From Spirochaetia bacterium (GTDB taxonomy: Bacteria; Spirochaetota; Spirochaetia; DSM-2461): a stretch of 64,000 bases of DNA. The position numbers and the translations under genes are program-made. The notes beneath the pieces were generated by a model, which ran no database searches, was not told where the DNA came from, and was given only the letters and a program-made list of their open reading frames with translations. The DNA lies in NCBI GenBank assembly GCA_963668315.1, contig OY764216.1:2176001-2240000 (forward strand), written 5' to 3'. Shown here one piece after another: positions 28,676 to 38,195 of this stretch (the stretch's first letter is position 1; each line of letters begins with the position of its first letter).

Positions 28676-28967
28676 CAGACCCTGTTCTCCCGCTCCGGGA
28701 TGGATATTACGTTTTTCATGATAAGGGGGAGGGAATCGGCGAATCCTCTTTCAGATCGGTATTTATTATACGATATGGTATAAAATACTTATGAGTAATA
28801 TTGACAATATTGTACAATTTCTCCAACCTAGGGAGGTGTCTTCCCGGCTCGTGAATCGGGGGGCGCAAAAAAAACAGTAATAATATTGATATCGGCCTCA
28901 AAGGGGATTTCGTGGGAAATCCGTATATAAGAGAGGCCGGGTTATCATTAAATTCAGGAGTTTTATT

Positions 28968-30440
28968 TTGTCTGAAAAACAGCAATGGGGCAGCCGTCTG
29001 GGATTTATTCTGGCTGCTGTAGGTTCCGCAATCGGTCTGGGAAACATCTGGCGGTTTCCCTATATGGTTTATGAGAACGGGGGAGGAGCTTTCCTTATAC
29101 CCTATTTCATCGCATTGCTTACGGCCGGTATTCCCATCATGATTCTTGAGTTCAGCCTGGGCCACAAGAGCCGTTCCGGCGCTCCCCTGACGTTTTCCGC
29201 CCTCAATAAGAGATGGGAATGGCTGGGCTGGTTCCAGACGGGAGTGAGCATAGTCATCGCCATTTACTATGTGGTCGTGGTGGGATGGTCCATCAGCTAT
29301 GTCGTCTTCGCCTTCACCCAGTCCTGGGGCGACTCGTCGGCGGATTTCTTCCTCAACGGTTATCTTCATATAAGCAGCGGCCCCTTTGTCCTGGGCGGAT
29401 TCAACAAAGGTATCTGCCTGACCATCCTCGCGGCCTGGGTCTTTAATTTTCTGGCCAGCTATGCCGGTGTTCACAAGGGCTTGGAGAGGGCGAATAAGAT
29501 ATTCATGCCCGTTCTCATCATCATGCTCCTTATTGTCATGGTCCGCTCGCTGACTCTGCCGGGAGCCTCACAAGGGCTGCAGCTTCTCTTCAAACCGGAT
29601 TTCAAGGCGGTTATGAAGCCTTCCGTCTGGATTGCCGCCTACGGTCAGATCTTCTACAGCCTGAGCATCGCCTTCGCCATCATGATTACCTATTCCAGTT
29701 ATCTACCGAAAAAGTCGGATATTGTGAACAATGCTTTCATTACCTCCCTGCTGAACTGCGGTTTCAGCATACTCTCGGGAATCACCATTTTCAGTATTGT
29801 CGGCTTTATGCAGCATCAGGCGGGCTCCCTGCCAGAAAAGCTCTCCGGGGTCATGCTCGCCTTTGTCACTCTTCCCTCCGCCATCAGTCAGCTGCCCGCT
29901 CTCAATGGGCTTATCGGCGTCCTCCTCTTTCTGACCCTCTCCTTTGCCGGTCTTTCCTCTTTCATCTCGATTAATGAGGTCATTGTCCGTTCCATAGCGG
30001 ATAAAATCGGCGTGGAAAGGCACAAGGTCACCATCTGGTTCTCCCTTCTGGGCGGTGCGGCCAGTCTGGTCTATGCCACGGGAGCCGGTCTTCACATCCT
30101 TGATGTGGTCGACCACTATATAAACAATTACGGGATCATCACAGCCGGTATCATTGAACTGATTCTGCTAGGCTGGTTCTATAATCTTGATGAAATACGA
30201 GAGCATGCCAATCTGACCAGCGATTTCCCCATCGGAAAGTGGTGGAATGTTATGATCCGCTTCGTCACGCCCCTGATTCTCGGAGTGAATTTCTTCCTTA
30301 ATCTGCGCGGCGATATATTAGGGAATTATTCCGGTTATCCCGGAGCCGTTCAAGTCGTTTTCGGATGGCTGATGATTGCCGTTGTGGTTCTGGGAGCACT
30401 GATCCCCACCCGAATGGCCTGGAAAAAGATCAAGGAGTAG
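28968..30440 (+). CDS. Sodium-dependent transporter, NSS/SNF family (MetP-like)
   Basis: WGSRLGFILAAVGSAIGLGNIWRFP, GGGAFLIPY, YGQIFYSLS. TTG start after AGGAG. Confidence 0.93.
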   Translation: MSEKQQWGSRLGFILAAVGSAIGLGNIWRFPYMVYENGGGAFLIPYFIALLTAGIPIMILEFSLGHKSRSGAPLTFSALNKRWEWLGWFQTGVSIVIAIYYVVVVGWSISYVVFAFTQSWGDSSADFFLNGYLHISSGPFVLGGFNKGICLTILAAWVFNFLASYAGVHKGLERANKIFMPVLIIMLLIVMVRSLTLPGASQGLQLLFKPDFKAVMKPSVWIAAYGQIFYSLSIAFAIMITYSSYLPKKSDIVNNAFITSLLNCGFSILSGITIFSIVGFMQHQAGSLPEKLSGVMLAFVTLPSAISQLPALNGLIGVLLFLTLSFAGLSSFISINEVIVRSIADKIGVERHKVTIWFSLLGGAASLVYATGAGLHILDVVDHYINNYGIITAGIIELILLGWFYNLDEIREHANLTSDFPIGKWWNVMIRFVTPLILGVNFFLNLRGDILGNYSGYPGAVQVVFGWLMIAVVVLGALIPTRMAWKKIKE

Positions 30441-30448
30441 GGAATATT

Positions 30449-30547
30449 ATGACTATTGACGCCATTATTATGATGATTTTCGGACTCACCCTGACCTGGG
30501 GCGGGGCGGCAGTCTGCCTCTATATCGCTCTTAAGAAGAAGTCCTGA
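30449..30547 (+). CDS. MetS-family NSS transporter small subunit (32 aa)
   Basis: MTIDAIIMMIFGLTLTWGGAAVCLYIALKKKS: single TM with the WGG motif, directly after the NSS gene. Confidence 0.85.
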   Translation: MTIDAIIMMIFGLTLTWGGAAVCLYIALKKKS

Positions 30548-30551
30548 TCCT

Positions 30552-31937
30552 ATGGGTACGAATGGTAAAGAGAGAGAGCAGCTGAGCACGAGACTGGGGT
30601 TCCTCCTTATCTCCGCCGGCTGCGCCATCGGCCTGGGAAATGTCTGGCGTTTCCCCTTTGTGACGGGACAATACGGCGGTGCCGCCTTCGTTTTGATTTA
30701 TCTCGTATTCCTCGTTATTTTCGGCATGCCCGTTCTCACCATGGAACTGGCCATAGGCCGGGGAGGAAAACGCAATATCGCCGGAGCCCTGAAGGCTCTG
30801 GAACCGGAAGGAAGCCGCTGGCATCTTTACGGGCACCTGGCAATCCTGGGAAATCTCATTCTCATGATGTTCTATACGACGGTGGCCGGCTGGATGCTGT
30901 CCTACTTCTACCATACCCTTGCCGGTGATCTGGCCGGTCTCGACCCGGCCCGGGTGGAGTCTTTTTTTCATGCCCAGCTGGCCTCGCCGCTGAGCCAGGT
31001 CGGATGGATGATACCCACGGTGCTCCTGGGCTTTCTGGTCTGCTCGCTGGGGCTGGAGAAGGGCGTGGAGAAAACAACCACCTGGATGATGTCCTCCCTT
31101 TTTATCATACTTCTCATACTGGTGGGTAAATCGATTTCCCTTCCCGGAGCCTCCGAGGGGATAGCCTTTTTTCTCAAGCCCGATTTCGGGAAGCTGATGG
31201 CCACGGGAGTCTGGAAGACCGTTTATGCCGCCATGGGGCAGGCTTTTTTTACCCTTAGCGTGGGAATAGGAAGCATGGCCATATTCGGAAGCTATATAGG
31301 ACGGGAACGCTCCCTGACGGGCGAATCGCTCCATATTATCGGCCTGGATACCCTGGTCGCCGTATTTTCCGGACTGATTATTTTCCCCGCCTGTTCCGCT
31401 TTCGGGATCAATGTCGGCTCCGGTCCCGGACTGATTTTCGTCGCCCTTCCCAATGTCTTCAACTCCATGGCGGGCGGACGGATCTGGGGCGGCTTGTTTT
31501 TTCTTTTCCTGAGCTTTGCGGCCATGTCCACGATTATCGCCGTATTTGAAAATATCATGGCCTACACCATGGAACATTGGGGCTGGAGCCGTAAGAAGGC
31601 CGCCCTTCTGAACGGGATCGGGATTATCGTCCTTTCCCTTCCCTGTTCCCTGGGTTTCAACCTTCTGGGCGCCGTTCAGCCTATGGGGGAAGGGTCGGTA
31701 ATCCTGGATCTGGAGGATTTTATCGTAGGTAATAATCTTCTGCCCCTCGGATCACTGGTCTTCGTTCTCTTCTGCAGTTTCAAAGCCGGCTGGGGATGGG
31801 ATAGTTTTCTCTGGGAAGCCAACCAGGGCCGGGGAATGGGATTTCCCGCCTGGAGCAGATTCTATGTCCGCTACATTCTTCCCCTGATCGTCATTGCCGT
31901 CTTCATCGGGGGGTATATGGATAAATTCGGCCATTAG
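30552..31937 (+). CDS. Second sodium-dependent NSS family transporter
   Basis: RLGFLLISAGCAIGLGNVWRFP, GQAFFTLS, GPGLIFVALP. Confidence 0.93.
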   Translation: MGTNGKEREQLSTRLGFLLISAGCAIGLGNVWRFPFVTGQYGGAAFVLIYLVFLVIFGMPVLTMELAIGRGGKRNIAGALKALEPEGSRWHLYGHLAILGNLILMMFYTTVAGWMLSYFYHTLAGDLAGLDPARVESFFHAQLASPLSQVGWMIPTVLLGFLVCSLGLEKGVEKTTTWMMSSLFIILLILVGKSISLPGASEGIAFFLKPDFGKLMATGVWKTVYAAMGQAFFTLSVGIGSMAIFGSYIGRERSLTGESLHIIGLDTLVAVFSGLIIFPACSAFGINVGSGPGLIFVALPNVFNSMAGGRIWGGLFFLFLSFAAMSTIIAVFENIMAYTMEHWGWSRKKAALLNGIGIIVLSLPCSLGFNLLGAVQPMGEGSVILDLEDFIVGNNLLPLGSLVFVLFCSFKAGWGWDSFLWEANQGRGMGFPAWSRFYVRYILPLIVIAVFIGGYMDKFGH

Positions 31938-31946
31938 TGGTTTTGA

Positions 31947-33177
31947 TAATGTTCTCATTCTTTGACATTCCTTCTTTCTAAACAGCCTTTTTATTTATCG
32001 GATTAACCAGAAGTCTGTTCCAGTGAGCTTTCTGGTAATCTGATAAATAAGGCATGAAATCTTTCTCCCTTCGTCGAATTCCTCCAAATGCATCCTGTAC
32101 GATTTTCTTAATTTCGTTCATGGTAAACCCGGCCGCTTGACTATGGTGTTCATATTTTCTGCCTTTTCTGTTTATACGATATGGCTTAAGAAAGTTATGC
32201 CAGAAACAATAGCAGGTAAATCGATCTATGCTATTATTCATATCTCTGCCGAATTGAACTGTTTCTCTCATATATTCGGCCAGATCCTTTCGAATCTGCC
32301 TGTCTATATAATTGCAGGGAAATAATTTGTTTTGATAGTTTCTTTCTGCTCTGGAGTTCGTTCTTCTATGATATATTTTGGGAGAGAGAGCTTTGTGATT
32401 CTTGATCTGATAGTAATATACAGGATGTTCATCCGTATCAAGAAACACAGATTTTATGGGGGATCTATCCGCTTTTTCCGACAAGTAATCAAGGATTTCC
32501 CTGAATCGGTTGGAAGCAGCTCTCTTTTCAAACAGGGCTGCTGCATAGATTTCTGATTTTCTTTTTTTCTGATTAATAGTGCAAGCACCTTTACGTTTAA
32601 AATGATACGCATTGAAGGTATAAATAAATTGGGATTTCTGTCCTACCAGGATATTTACGTTTGTTGGAAAATATTGGGAGAGAATGAAGTTCTCCAATCC
32701 ATCTGCTGCAACCGATTCAAAAAGTTCCAATTCGTAATTTTTCTTTGCACATACGGATGTTATGGATTTTGATAGGCGTGTGATTCGATTCGTGATCAGT
32801 CCGGGAGAACAATTCATTGCCCGGGCCATATCCCTGATTCCCGAACAGCTGACCAGGTGGTTCAAAAGTCTGGGATATGATAATTTTCTATGAGTATAGT
32901 AATTAATTGAAAAATAGGAAAGAGAAAATGTGGTTAAGCAGCTCCGGCATTGGTAGCGTTGAACTTTACCCTCTCTTTTTGTCGTGACAAATCCTTTTTT
33001 CCGAATCCAGGAATCCTCTTGTGGAGGGTAATTATGATTTCTGCATTCCCGATTAGGACAGTATAACTGGTCTGCCATGAAATGCCTCCTTCTATCAAGC
33101 GCTTGCATAGAAGGAGGGTTTTTTTTGTCAGAAAACCCGAATCCTTCGGATAGACATGTCAAACAATGAGAACACTA
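31947..33177 (-). mobile_element. IS1-like insertion sequence with 22-bp imperfect terminal inverted repeats
   Basis: Left end TAATGTTCTCATTCTTTGACAT (31947-31968). Right end reverse complement TAGTGTTCTCATTGTTTGACAT (33156-33177). 20/22 match, low-GC interior. Confidence 0.8.
31978..33078 (-). CDS. Putative IS1-like transposase (Zn ribbon + HTH + DDE/D in a single ORF)
   Basis: CPNRECRNH...QRYQCRSC (InsA-like), HTH SGIRDMARAMNCS, acidic motifs ADGLE, TDEHPVY, NYIDRQIR. AGGAGG RBS precedes MADQLY. Confidence 0.75.
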   Translation of the reverse strand: MADQLYCPNRECRNHNYPPQEDSWIRKKGFVTTKREGKVQRYQCRSCLTTFSLSYFSINYYTHRKLSYPRLLNHLVSCSGIRDMARAMNCSPGLITNRITRLSKSITSVCAKKNYELELFESVAADGLENFILSQYFPTNVNILVGQKSQFIYTFNAYHFKRKGACTINQKKRKSEIYAAALFEKRAASNRFREILDYLSEKADRSPIKSVFLDTDEHPVYYYQIKNHKALSPKIYHRRTNSRAERNYQNKLFPCNYIDRQIRKDLAEYMRETVQFGRDMNNSIDRFTCYCFWHNFLKPYRINRKGRKYEHHSQAAGFTMNEIKKIVQDAFGGIRRREKDFMPYLSDYQKAHWNRLLVNPINKKAV

Positions 33178-33264
33178 TTAGAGGTCTAAACGGGTATCAA
33201 AAATTATCGGATTTCCTGTAAAACGCTTTATTTGATTGACAATAAACGGTATAATGTCAATGTT

Positions 33265-33858
33265 ATGCCCAAGATCATAGATCATGAGAAGAGAAAACAG
33301 GATATCCTCCGAAAAGCTCTGGCCCTGTTTGCCAAAGAGGGATATGCCCAGAGCAGCCTGTCCCTTTTGGCGGAGAAGTGTCATATCTCCCGTCCTACCC
33401 TGTATCTGTACTTCAAGGATAAGGACGATATCTTCCGTTACGCTCTCAAGAATTTCACCGACGATATGTTCTTCAAATATAAGAACCTGGCATCAAAGGA
33501 GGAGCGGACCACCGCAGAAGTCCTCGTCCGGATCTATATCGATATCATCGATAAATGCGGAGCCAACCGGGATTTCCTTGTCTGCCTTTCCGATTACCTG
33601 CGCCATGAGAAGCATCGGGGAAAGGATTATGACGAGCTTGTAAGAAGAAGAACGGTTAAGCTTGAATATATGCTCTCCCATTTGCTCTCCGAAGCGGTCC
33701 GTTCAGGGGAATTCCGTGATCTGCCTATCAAGTCCCTGGTGGGACAGTTTTTCCATATGGTACAGTCCTTTATGTTCCAGCTCATCCTGGGCGCCGGGGA
33801 CAACAGGGAAGGGGAGATCATACTCTTTAAGGACTGGGTGGAAAATTTAAAAGCCTGA
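33265..33858 (+). CDS. TetR/AcrR family regulator
   Basis: MPKIIDHEKRKQDILRKALALFAKEGY...SRPTLYLYFKDK. Confidence 0.9.
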   Translation: MPKIIDHEKRKQDILRKALALFAKEGYAQSSLSLLAEKCHISRPTLYLYFKDKDDIFRYALKNFTDDMFFKYKNLASKEERTTAEVLVRIYIDIIDKCGANRDFLVCLSDYLRHEKHRGKDYDELVRRRTVKLEYMLSHLLSEAVRSGEFRDLPIKSLVGQFFHMVQSFMFQLILGAGDNREGEIILFKDWVENLKA

Positions 33859-33873
33859 TAGACGGCCGGCCCG

Positions 33874-35205
33874 TCAGTTCTGGCCGGTGCCTTCCAGCGG
33901 ATAGAGGAGAATACGGGAGTTCCGTTTTCTGTTGTACTTGTTTTTCTTGGAAAGGGGAAGATCCTCTACTTCTCCTGTGCGAAATCCCATTTTCAGAAAC
34001 CAGTCGGATGTCTGCGTGGTGAGAACGAAAATCCTTCGGTAGCCCAGCTCGCGGCCTTTCTCCAGAAGGTAGCTCACCATTTTCTGCCCGATCCCCAGTT
34101 CGGCGAATCCCGCATCAACAGCCAGTCCCGCGATCTCCGCCTGGCCGTCCTCGAAGGCGTGAAGGGCCGCGCAGCCGTGTATCACGTCGTCCATGGCATA
34201 AACAATGTAATCCTTTATTTTCTGGTTCAGATCCTCCCGGCTGCGAGGAATCAATAGCCCCCTCTCGATCAGAGGCTTCATCAGGCCGAGAACGGCCGAG
34301 GTATCGGCGCTTTTCATGGAGCGGATGCTCTCGTAGTCGTTGGCGAAAACCATGGTTCCCACGCCCAGGTTTGAGAAAATCTCCCTCAGAATGACTCCCT
34401 CTACCGTCCCGTTGACAATATGGACGCGGTCAACACCGGCCCGGGCCGCTTCGATCGCCAGCCTGATAATGGGAAGATCCGTCTCTCTGTTCATCTGGAG
34501 CAGCTCTTCGGCGGCGGGAATGGTCAGTTTGGAGATGCGGCCGTTATCCTGACGCAGAACTCCGGAGGGGATTTTCAGGCTGCTGTCCCTCAGTATATCC
34601 CGGTTTTCCAGAAAGAAGATCTTTTTGGAGTTCAGGGCTTTTCCCAGCTCCACGGCAAGTTCATCGGAGGAGATATTAAAGGGTTCCCCCGTGCTGCTCC
34701 ACCCTATGCAGGGAAAAATCGGAATATGTCCCTCGGCGAGGATCGTTCTTATCGTCTGGGCGTCCACCCGGTTGACCCGTCCCGTGCTCAGGTAATCCAC
34801 CCCGTCGATCACGCCTATGGACCGGGCTTTGACCCAGTTGCCGATAACCGCGTTGACATTGTGGGCCGAGAGCTGTGTCATGATTTTATTGCAGACGTCG
34901 AAGGCCGCCATCTTGATAAAGGGAACTGCTTCGGGCGGGGATATCCTTATGTTGTCATGGTAGGTGCTCTCTATGTGATAGGTTTTGAGGATCTCGTCTA
35001 TCTGCATGCGGGAGCCGGGAATTATGACGATATTGATGCCGTTCTGCTTCAGCAGAGTAAGGTCCTTGACCAGAATGGGGAAATAATCGTGGCTGAGGAG
35101 GGAGGAATCGATCTTTATGACGAATGTGGAGCCTTTGAATCGGCTTATATAGGCAAAGACTTCTCTGATCTTATCAGCGTCTTCGTTTACTTCAAGTAGT
35201 TCCAT
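33874..35205 (-). CDS. argA: Amino-acid N-acetyltransferase (AAK + GNAT)
   Basis: AYISRFKGSTFVIKI, GVIDGVD, EIFSNLGVGTM, VLTTQTSDWF, NRKRNS. Confidence 0.92.
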   Translation of the reverse strand: MELLEVNEDADKIREVFAYISRFKGSTFVIKIDSSLLSHDYFPILVKDLTLLKQNGINIVIIPGSRMQIDEILKTYHIESTYHDNIRISPPEAVPFIKMAAFDVCNKIMTQLSAHNVNAVIGNWVKARSIGVIDGVDYLSTGRVNRVDAQTIRTILAEGHIPIFPCIGWSSTGEPFNISSDELAVELGKALNSKKIFFLENRDILRDSSLKIPSGVLRQDNGRISKLTIPAAEELLQMNRETDLPIIRLAIEAARAGVDRVHIVNGTVEGVILREIFSNLGVGTMVFANDYESIRSMKSADTSAVLGLMKPLIERGLLIPRSREDLNQKIKDYIVYAMDDVIHGCAALHAFEDGQAEIAGLAVDAGFAELGIGQKMVSYLLEKGRELGYRRIFVLTTQTSDWFLKMGFRTGEVEDLPLSKKNKYNRKRNSRILLYPLEGTGQN

Positions 35206-35322
35206 CTTTTAATTATCGACAAAATTGTGAATTTCACCCAATAAAATTGCATCTTGGAATTTTATCCCTACAATTTATTACAGAACCTTTAAAAAATATA
35301 TACGAAAAGAGGAGATTTTTCT

Positions 35323-35913
35323 ATGAGAAAAACATTCTTGATTTTGTCGGTTTTTTCTCTGGCCGCCGCTCTCGCCTCAGCAAGGGAGCCTGTTTATGTC
35401 GACCTTACCGAAGCGAACCAGTCCATATCGGATATGCAGGCCCAGAATGACGCCGCCACTCAGCAGAACAGCGATCTGAACAGCGAGAATGACGCCCTTG
35501 AGCAGGATAATCAGAAGCAGAGGGACAGAATTGCCGAAGCCCGCCGGCTTATAGCTGATTTAAGCGTATCCCGGGGAGAGCTCTACGGCGCCCGGAACAG
35601 AACGAACGATTTGGATCAGAAGAAGAGAATCGTAGAGCAGCTGGAGAGAAACATGGCCCAGGAAAACCAGCTGAGGGAACTGATCGCCCAGTTCAACCGG
35701 AATATCGAGGAAAACAATATCAAGATGAACGCCAACAGAAAGCAGATCGCCCGGAATAACAATACCCTGGAAAGCAATTCGAACGAGATCGCCTACCTCC
35801 AGGCCTGTGTGGAGCTGACGTCGAATAATGAGAACTCCCTCGACGATATTTTCAGCCGGCAGGAGGGGAATACGAGCGCTTTCGATTCCTTTGTAAGCGC
35901 CAACGGGGACTGA
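35323..35913 (+). CDS. Secreted coiled-coil protein, paralogue 1
   Basis: AGGAG RBS, Sec signal (ALASA), N/Q-rich heptads. Confidence 0.8.
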   Translation: MRKTFLILSVFSLAAALASAREPVYVDLTEANQSISDMQAQNDAATQQNSDLNSENDALEQDNQKQRDRIAEARRLIADLSVSRGELYGARNRTNDLDQKKRIVEQLERNMAQENQLRELIAQFNRNIEENNIKMNANRKQIARNNNTLESNSNEIAYLQACVELTSNNENSLDDIFSRQEGNTSAFDSFVSANGD

Positions 35914-36048
35914 TGCGGGAGGCCATCATCATGATGGCCGCAACAATCCCCGTTCCGAAAGAAATGTTTTTGCCGCAGGAAATTGCATCTTTGCCCGATT
36001 TGTGATAATAATGCTAGGACATTTTAAAACAATTTCAGGAGTATTGTT

Positions 36049-36636
36049 GTGCAGCGTTTTTTAGCGGTATCCTTTTTTATTTTTTTAATCCCCGCCCTGT
36101 TGGCGGCGCGCGTTCCGGTTTTCGTTGATATTACATCCGCGGAAAATGAAATCTCACAGAGACAGCAGTCTAATGATGCGGCTGCCGGTCAGTCAGGAGA
36201 CCTGGAAAGTCAGATTGCATCCCTGGAACAGGACAATCAGGCCCAGAGGGATAAAATAGCCCAGGCAAGAGGGCTTCTCAGTGATCTGAGCGTCTCCCGG
36301 GGAGAGCTTTATGCCGCCCGGAACAGAACGAATGACCTGGAACAGAAAAAACGGGTTGTGGAGCAGCTTACGAAGAACATGGCCCAGGATTATGAGCTCC
36401 AGGGTATGATAGAGAAGTTTACGAAGAAAATTGAAGATAATAACGTCCTTATTGAGGCCCATAGGAAGCAGATTGCCAGAAACAATCTGTCCATCCGGGA
36501 GAATGAAGAGGAGATCAATTATCTTCGCCAGTGCGTTACTATGACAGAAGGAAATGAAAATTCCCTCGACGATATCATTAGCCGTCAGAATTCCAACTCT
36601 TCGGCTTTCGATTCCTTTGTCAGCGCAAATCAGTAA
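36049..36636 (+). CDS. Secreted coiled-coil protein, paralogue 2
   Basis: GTG start after AGGAG and a signal peptide. Collinear with 35323..35913 (DLSVSRGELY.ARNRTNDL, SAFDSFVSAN). Confidence 0.8.
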   Translation: MQRFLAVSFFIFLIPALLAARVPVFVDITSAENEISQRQQSNDAAAGQSGDLESQIASLEQDNQAQRDKIAQARGLLSDLSVSRGELYAARNRTNDLEQKKRVVEQLTKNMAQDYELQGMIEKFTKKIEDNNVLIEAHRKQIARNNLSIRENEEEINYLRQCVTMTEGNENSLDDIISRQNSNSSAFDSFVSANQ

Positions 36637-36652
36637 TAAGGCGGCCGGTTAA

Positions 36653-38113
36653 ATGAGTGTTCGTGTAAGATACGCTCCGTCCCCCACGGGACTGCAGCAT
36701 CTGGGAAGTGTCAGAACTTTCCTGTTCGACTATTTCTTCGCCCGGGCCAACGGCGGGAAATTCATTCTGAGAATAGAAGATACCGACCAGTCCCGTTTTA
36801 ATGAAGAGTCACTTCAGGACCTTTACGATACACTGAACTGGCTTGGCATAGACTGGGATGAAGGTCCCGACAAGGAAGGGGGATATGGTCCCTATATACA
36901 GTCCCAGCGGCTGGAGCTGTATAAGGAATATGCCGAGAAGCTGATCGCCGACGGCAAGGCCTACCGATGTTTCTGTACGCCGGAGCGCATGGAAAAACTC
37001 AGGGAAGAGCAGAAGGATAACAAGCAGGATTACGGTTACGACCGTCACTGCCGGAATCTTTCCGAAGAGGAGTCTCAGAGACTTTACGAATCGGGCGCTC
37101 CCTATGTCGTCAGGCTTAAAATCCCCGACGGGCGGGAGGTCGCTTTCCATGACGAGATCCTCGGAGACATCAAAAGAAAGTCCAGGGACATCAGTCCCGA
37201 TCCGGTCATGCTCAAAACCGACGGTTTTCCCACCTACCACCTGGCCTGCGTTGTGGACGATCATCTTATGGAAATCACCCATGTCTTCCGCGGACAGGAG
37301 TGGATCCCCTCGACCCCCCTGCATATTCTCATGTATGAGGCATTCGGCTGGGAACCCCCGAAGTTCTGCCATCTGCCCTTGATCATGGGCAAGGACGGGA
37401 AGAAGCTCAGCAAGCGCCACGGCTCCACCTTCGCCAGGGAATTCCGGGCCATGGGGTATCTGCCCGAGGCCATGGTCAACTATATGATCATGCTGGGGTG
37501 GTCCTATGACGATACGCGGGAGTTCTTCTCCCACGACGAACTGGCCGAGCTGTTCAACCTGGAAAGGGTGAACAAATCCCCCGCCGTCTTCGATTACAAG
37601 AAACTCGAGTGGTTCAACGGGCAGTATATCCGCAAGGCCGATCCCGAGAGGATTCAGAACCTTTATCTTCCCCTTCTGAAGGAGGAGGGTATTATTTCCG
37701 ATCCTCCCACCGAGGATGAGATGAAGCTTGTAAAGGATTCTTACGGTCTGGTCCAGGAACGTCTGAAGGTGATCAATGACGCCCCCGGTCTTCTCCGTTT
37801 TCTGTTCAAGGAAATTGAATCTTATAATATTGAAGACGCCATCCCCAAGAAAATGGACCGGGAGGGAACGAAAACCGTTCTGAAAGGGTGCCTTGAGGTG
37901 CTGGACGGTTTTGCCGGCAGAAGCGATGAAGAGAACGAGGAGCTCTTCCGGCAAAAGTCGGAAGAACTGGGTGTTAAGCTGGGACAGATCCTTCAGCCTC
38001 TCCGCGTGGCGCTGACCGGAACGACGGTCTCTCCTCCCATGTTCGAGTCCATAAGGCTCTTCGGAGCGGAAAGGACTATGGAGCGGGTAAAAAATCTGAT
38101 CGCTCAGATGTAG
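36653..38113 (+). CDS. gltX: Glutamate--tRNA ligase
   Basis: RYAPSPTGLQHLG (HIGH-like), RIEDTD, KKLSKR (KMSKS). Confidence 0.96.
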   Translation: MSVRVRYAPSPTGLQHLGSVRTFLFDYFFARANGGKFILRIEDTDQSRFNEESLQDLYDTLNWLGIDWDEGPDKEGGYGPYIQSQRLELYKEYAEKLIADGKAYRCFCTPERMEKLREEQKDNKQDYGYDRHCRNLSEEESQRLYESGAPYVVRLKIPDGREVAFHDEILGDIKRKSRDISPDPVMLKTDGFPTYHLACVVDDHLMEITHVFRGQEWIPSTPLHILMYEAFGWEPPKFCHLPLIMGKDGKKLSKRHGSTFAREFRAMGYLPEAMVNYMIMLGWSYDDTREFFSHDELAELFNLERVNKSPAVFDYKKLEWFNGQYIRKADPERIQNLYLPLLKEEGIISDPPTEDEMKLVKDSYGLVQERLKVINDAPGLLRFLFKEIESYNIEDAIPKKMDREGTKTVLKGCLEVLDGFAGRSDEENEELFRQKSEELGVKLGQILQPLRVALTGTTVSPPMFESIRLFGAERTMERVKNLIAQM

Positions 38114-38130
38114 ACAGTTTGCCTTTGCAG

Positions 38131-38165
38131 AAAGCCGGACTTCCTTGGAAGATCCGGCTTTTTTT
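38131..38165 (+). terminator. Intrinsic terminator after gltX
   Basis: AAAGCCGGA...TCCGGCTTT stem plus T-run. Confidence 0.75.
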
Positions 38166-38195
38166 ATGCCCGGTGGGTCTCCCGGGACATAACCC

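Noticed and set aside
28716..29474. 252-aa minus-strand ORF across the NSS leader
   Set aside because: Mostly antisense to the NSS gene, with no recognisable motif or RBS.
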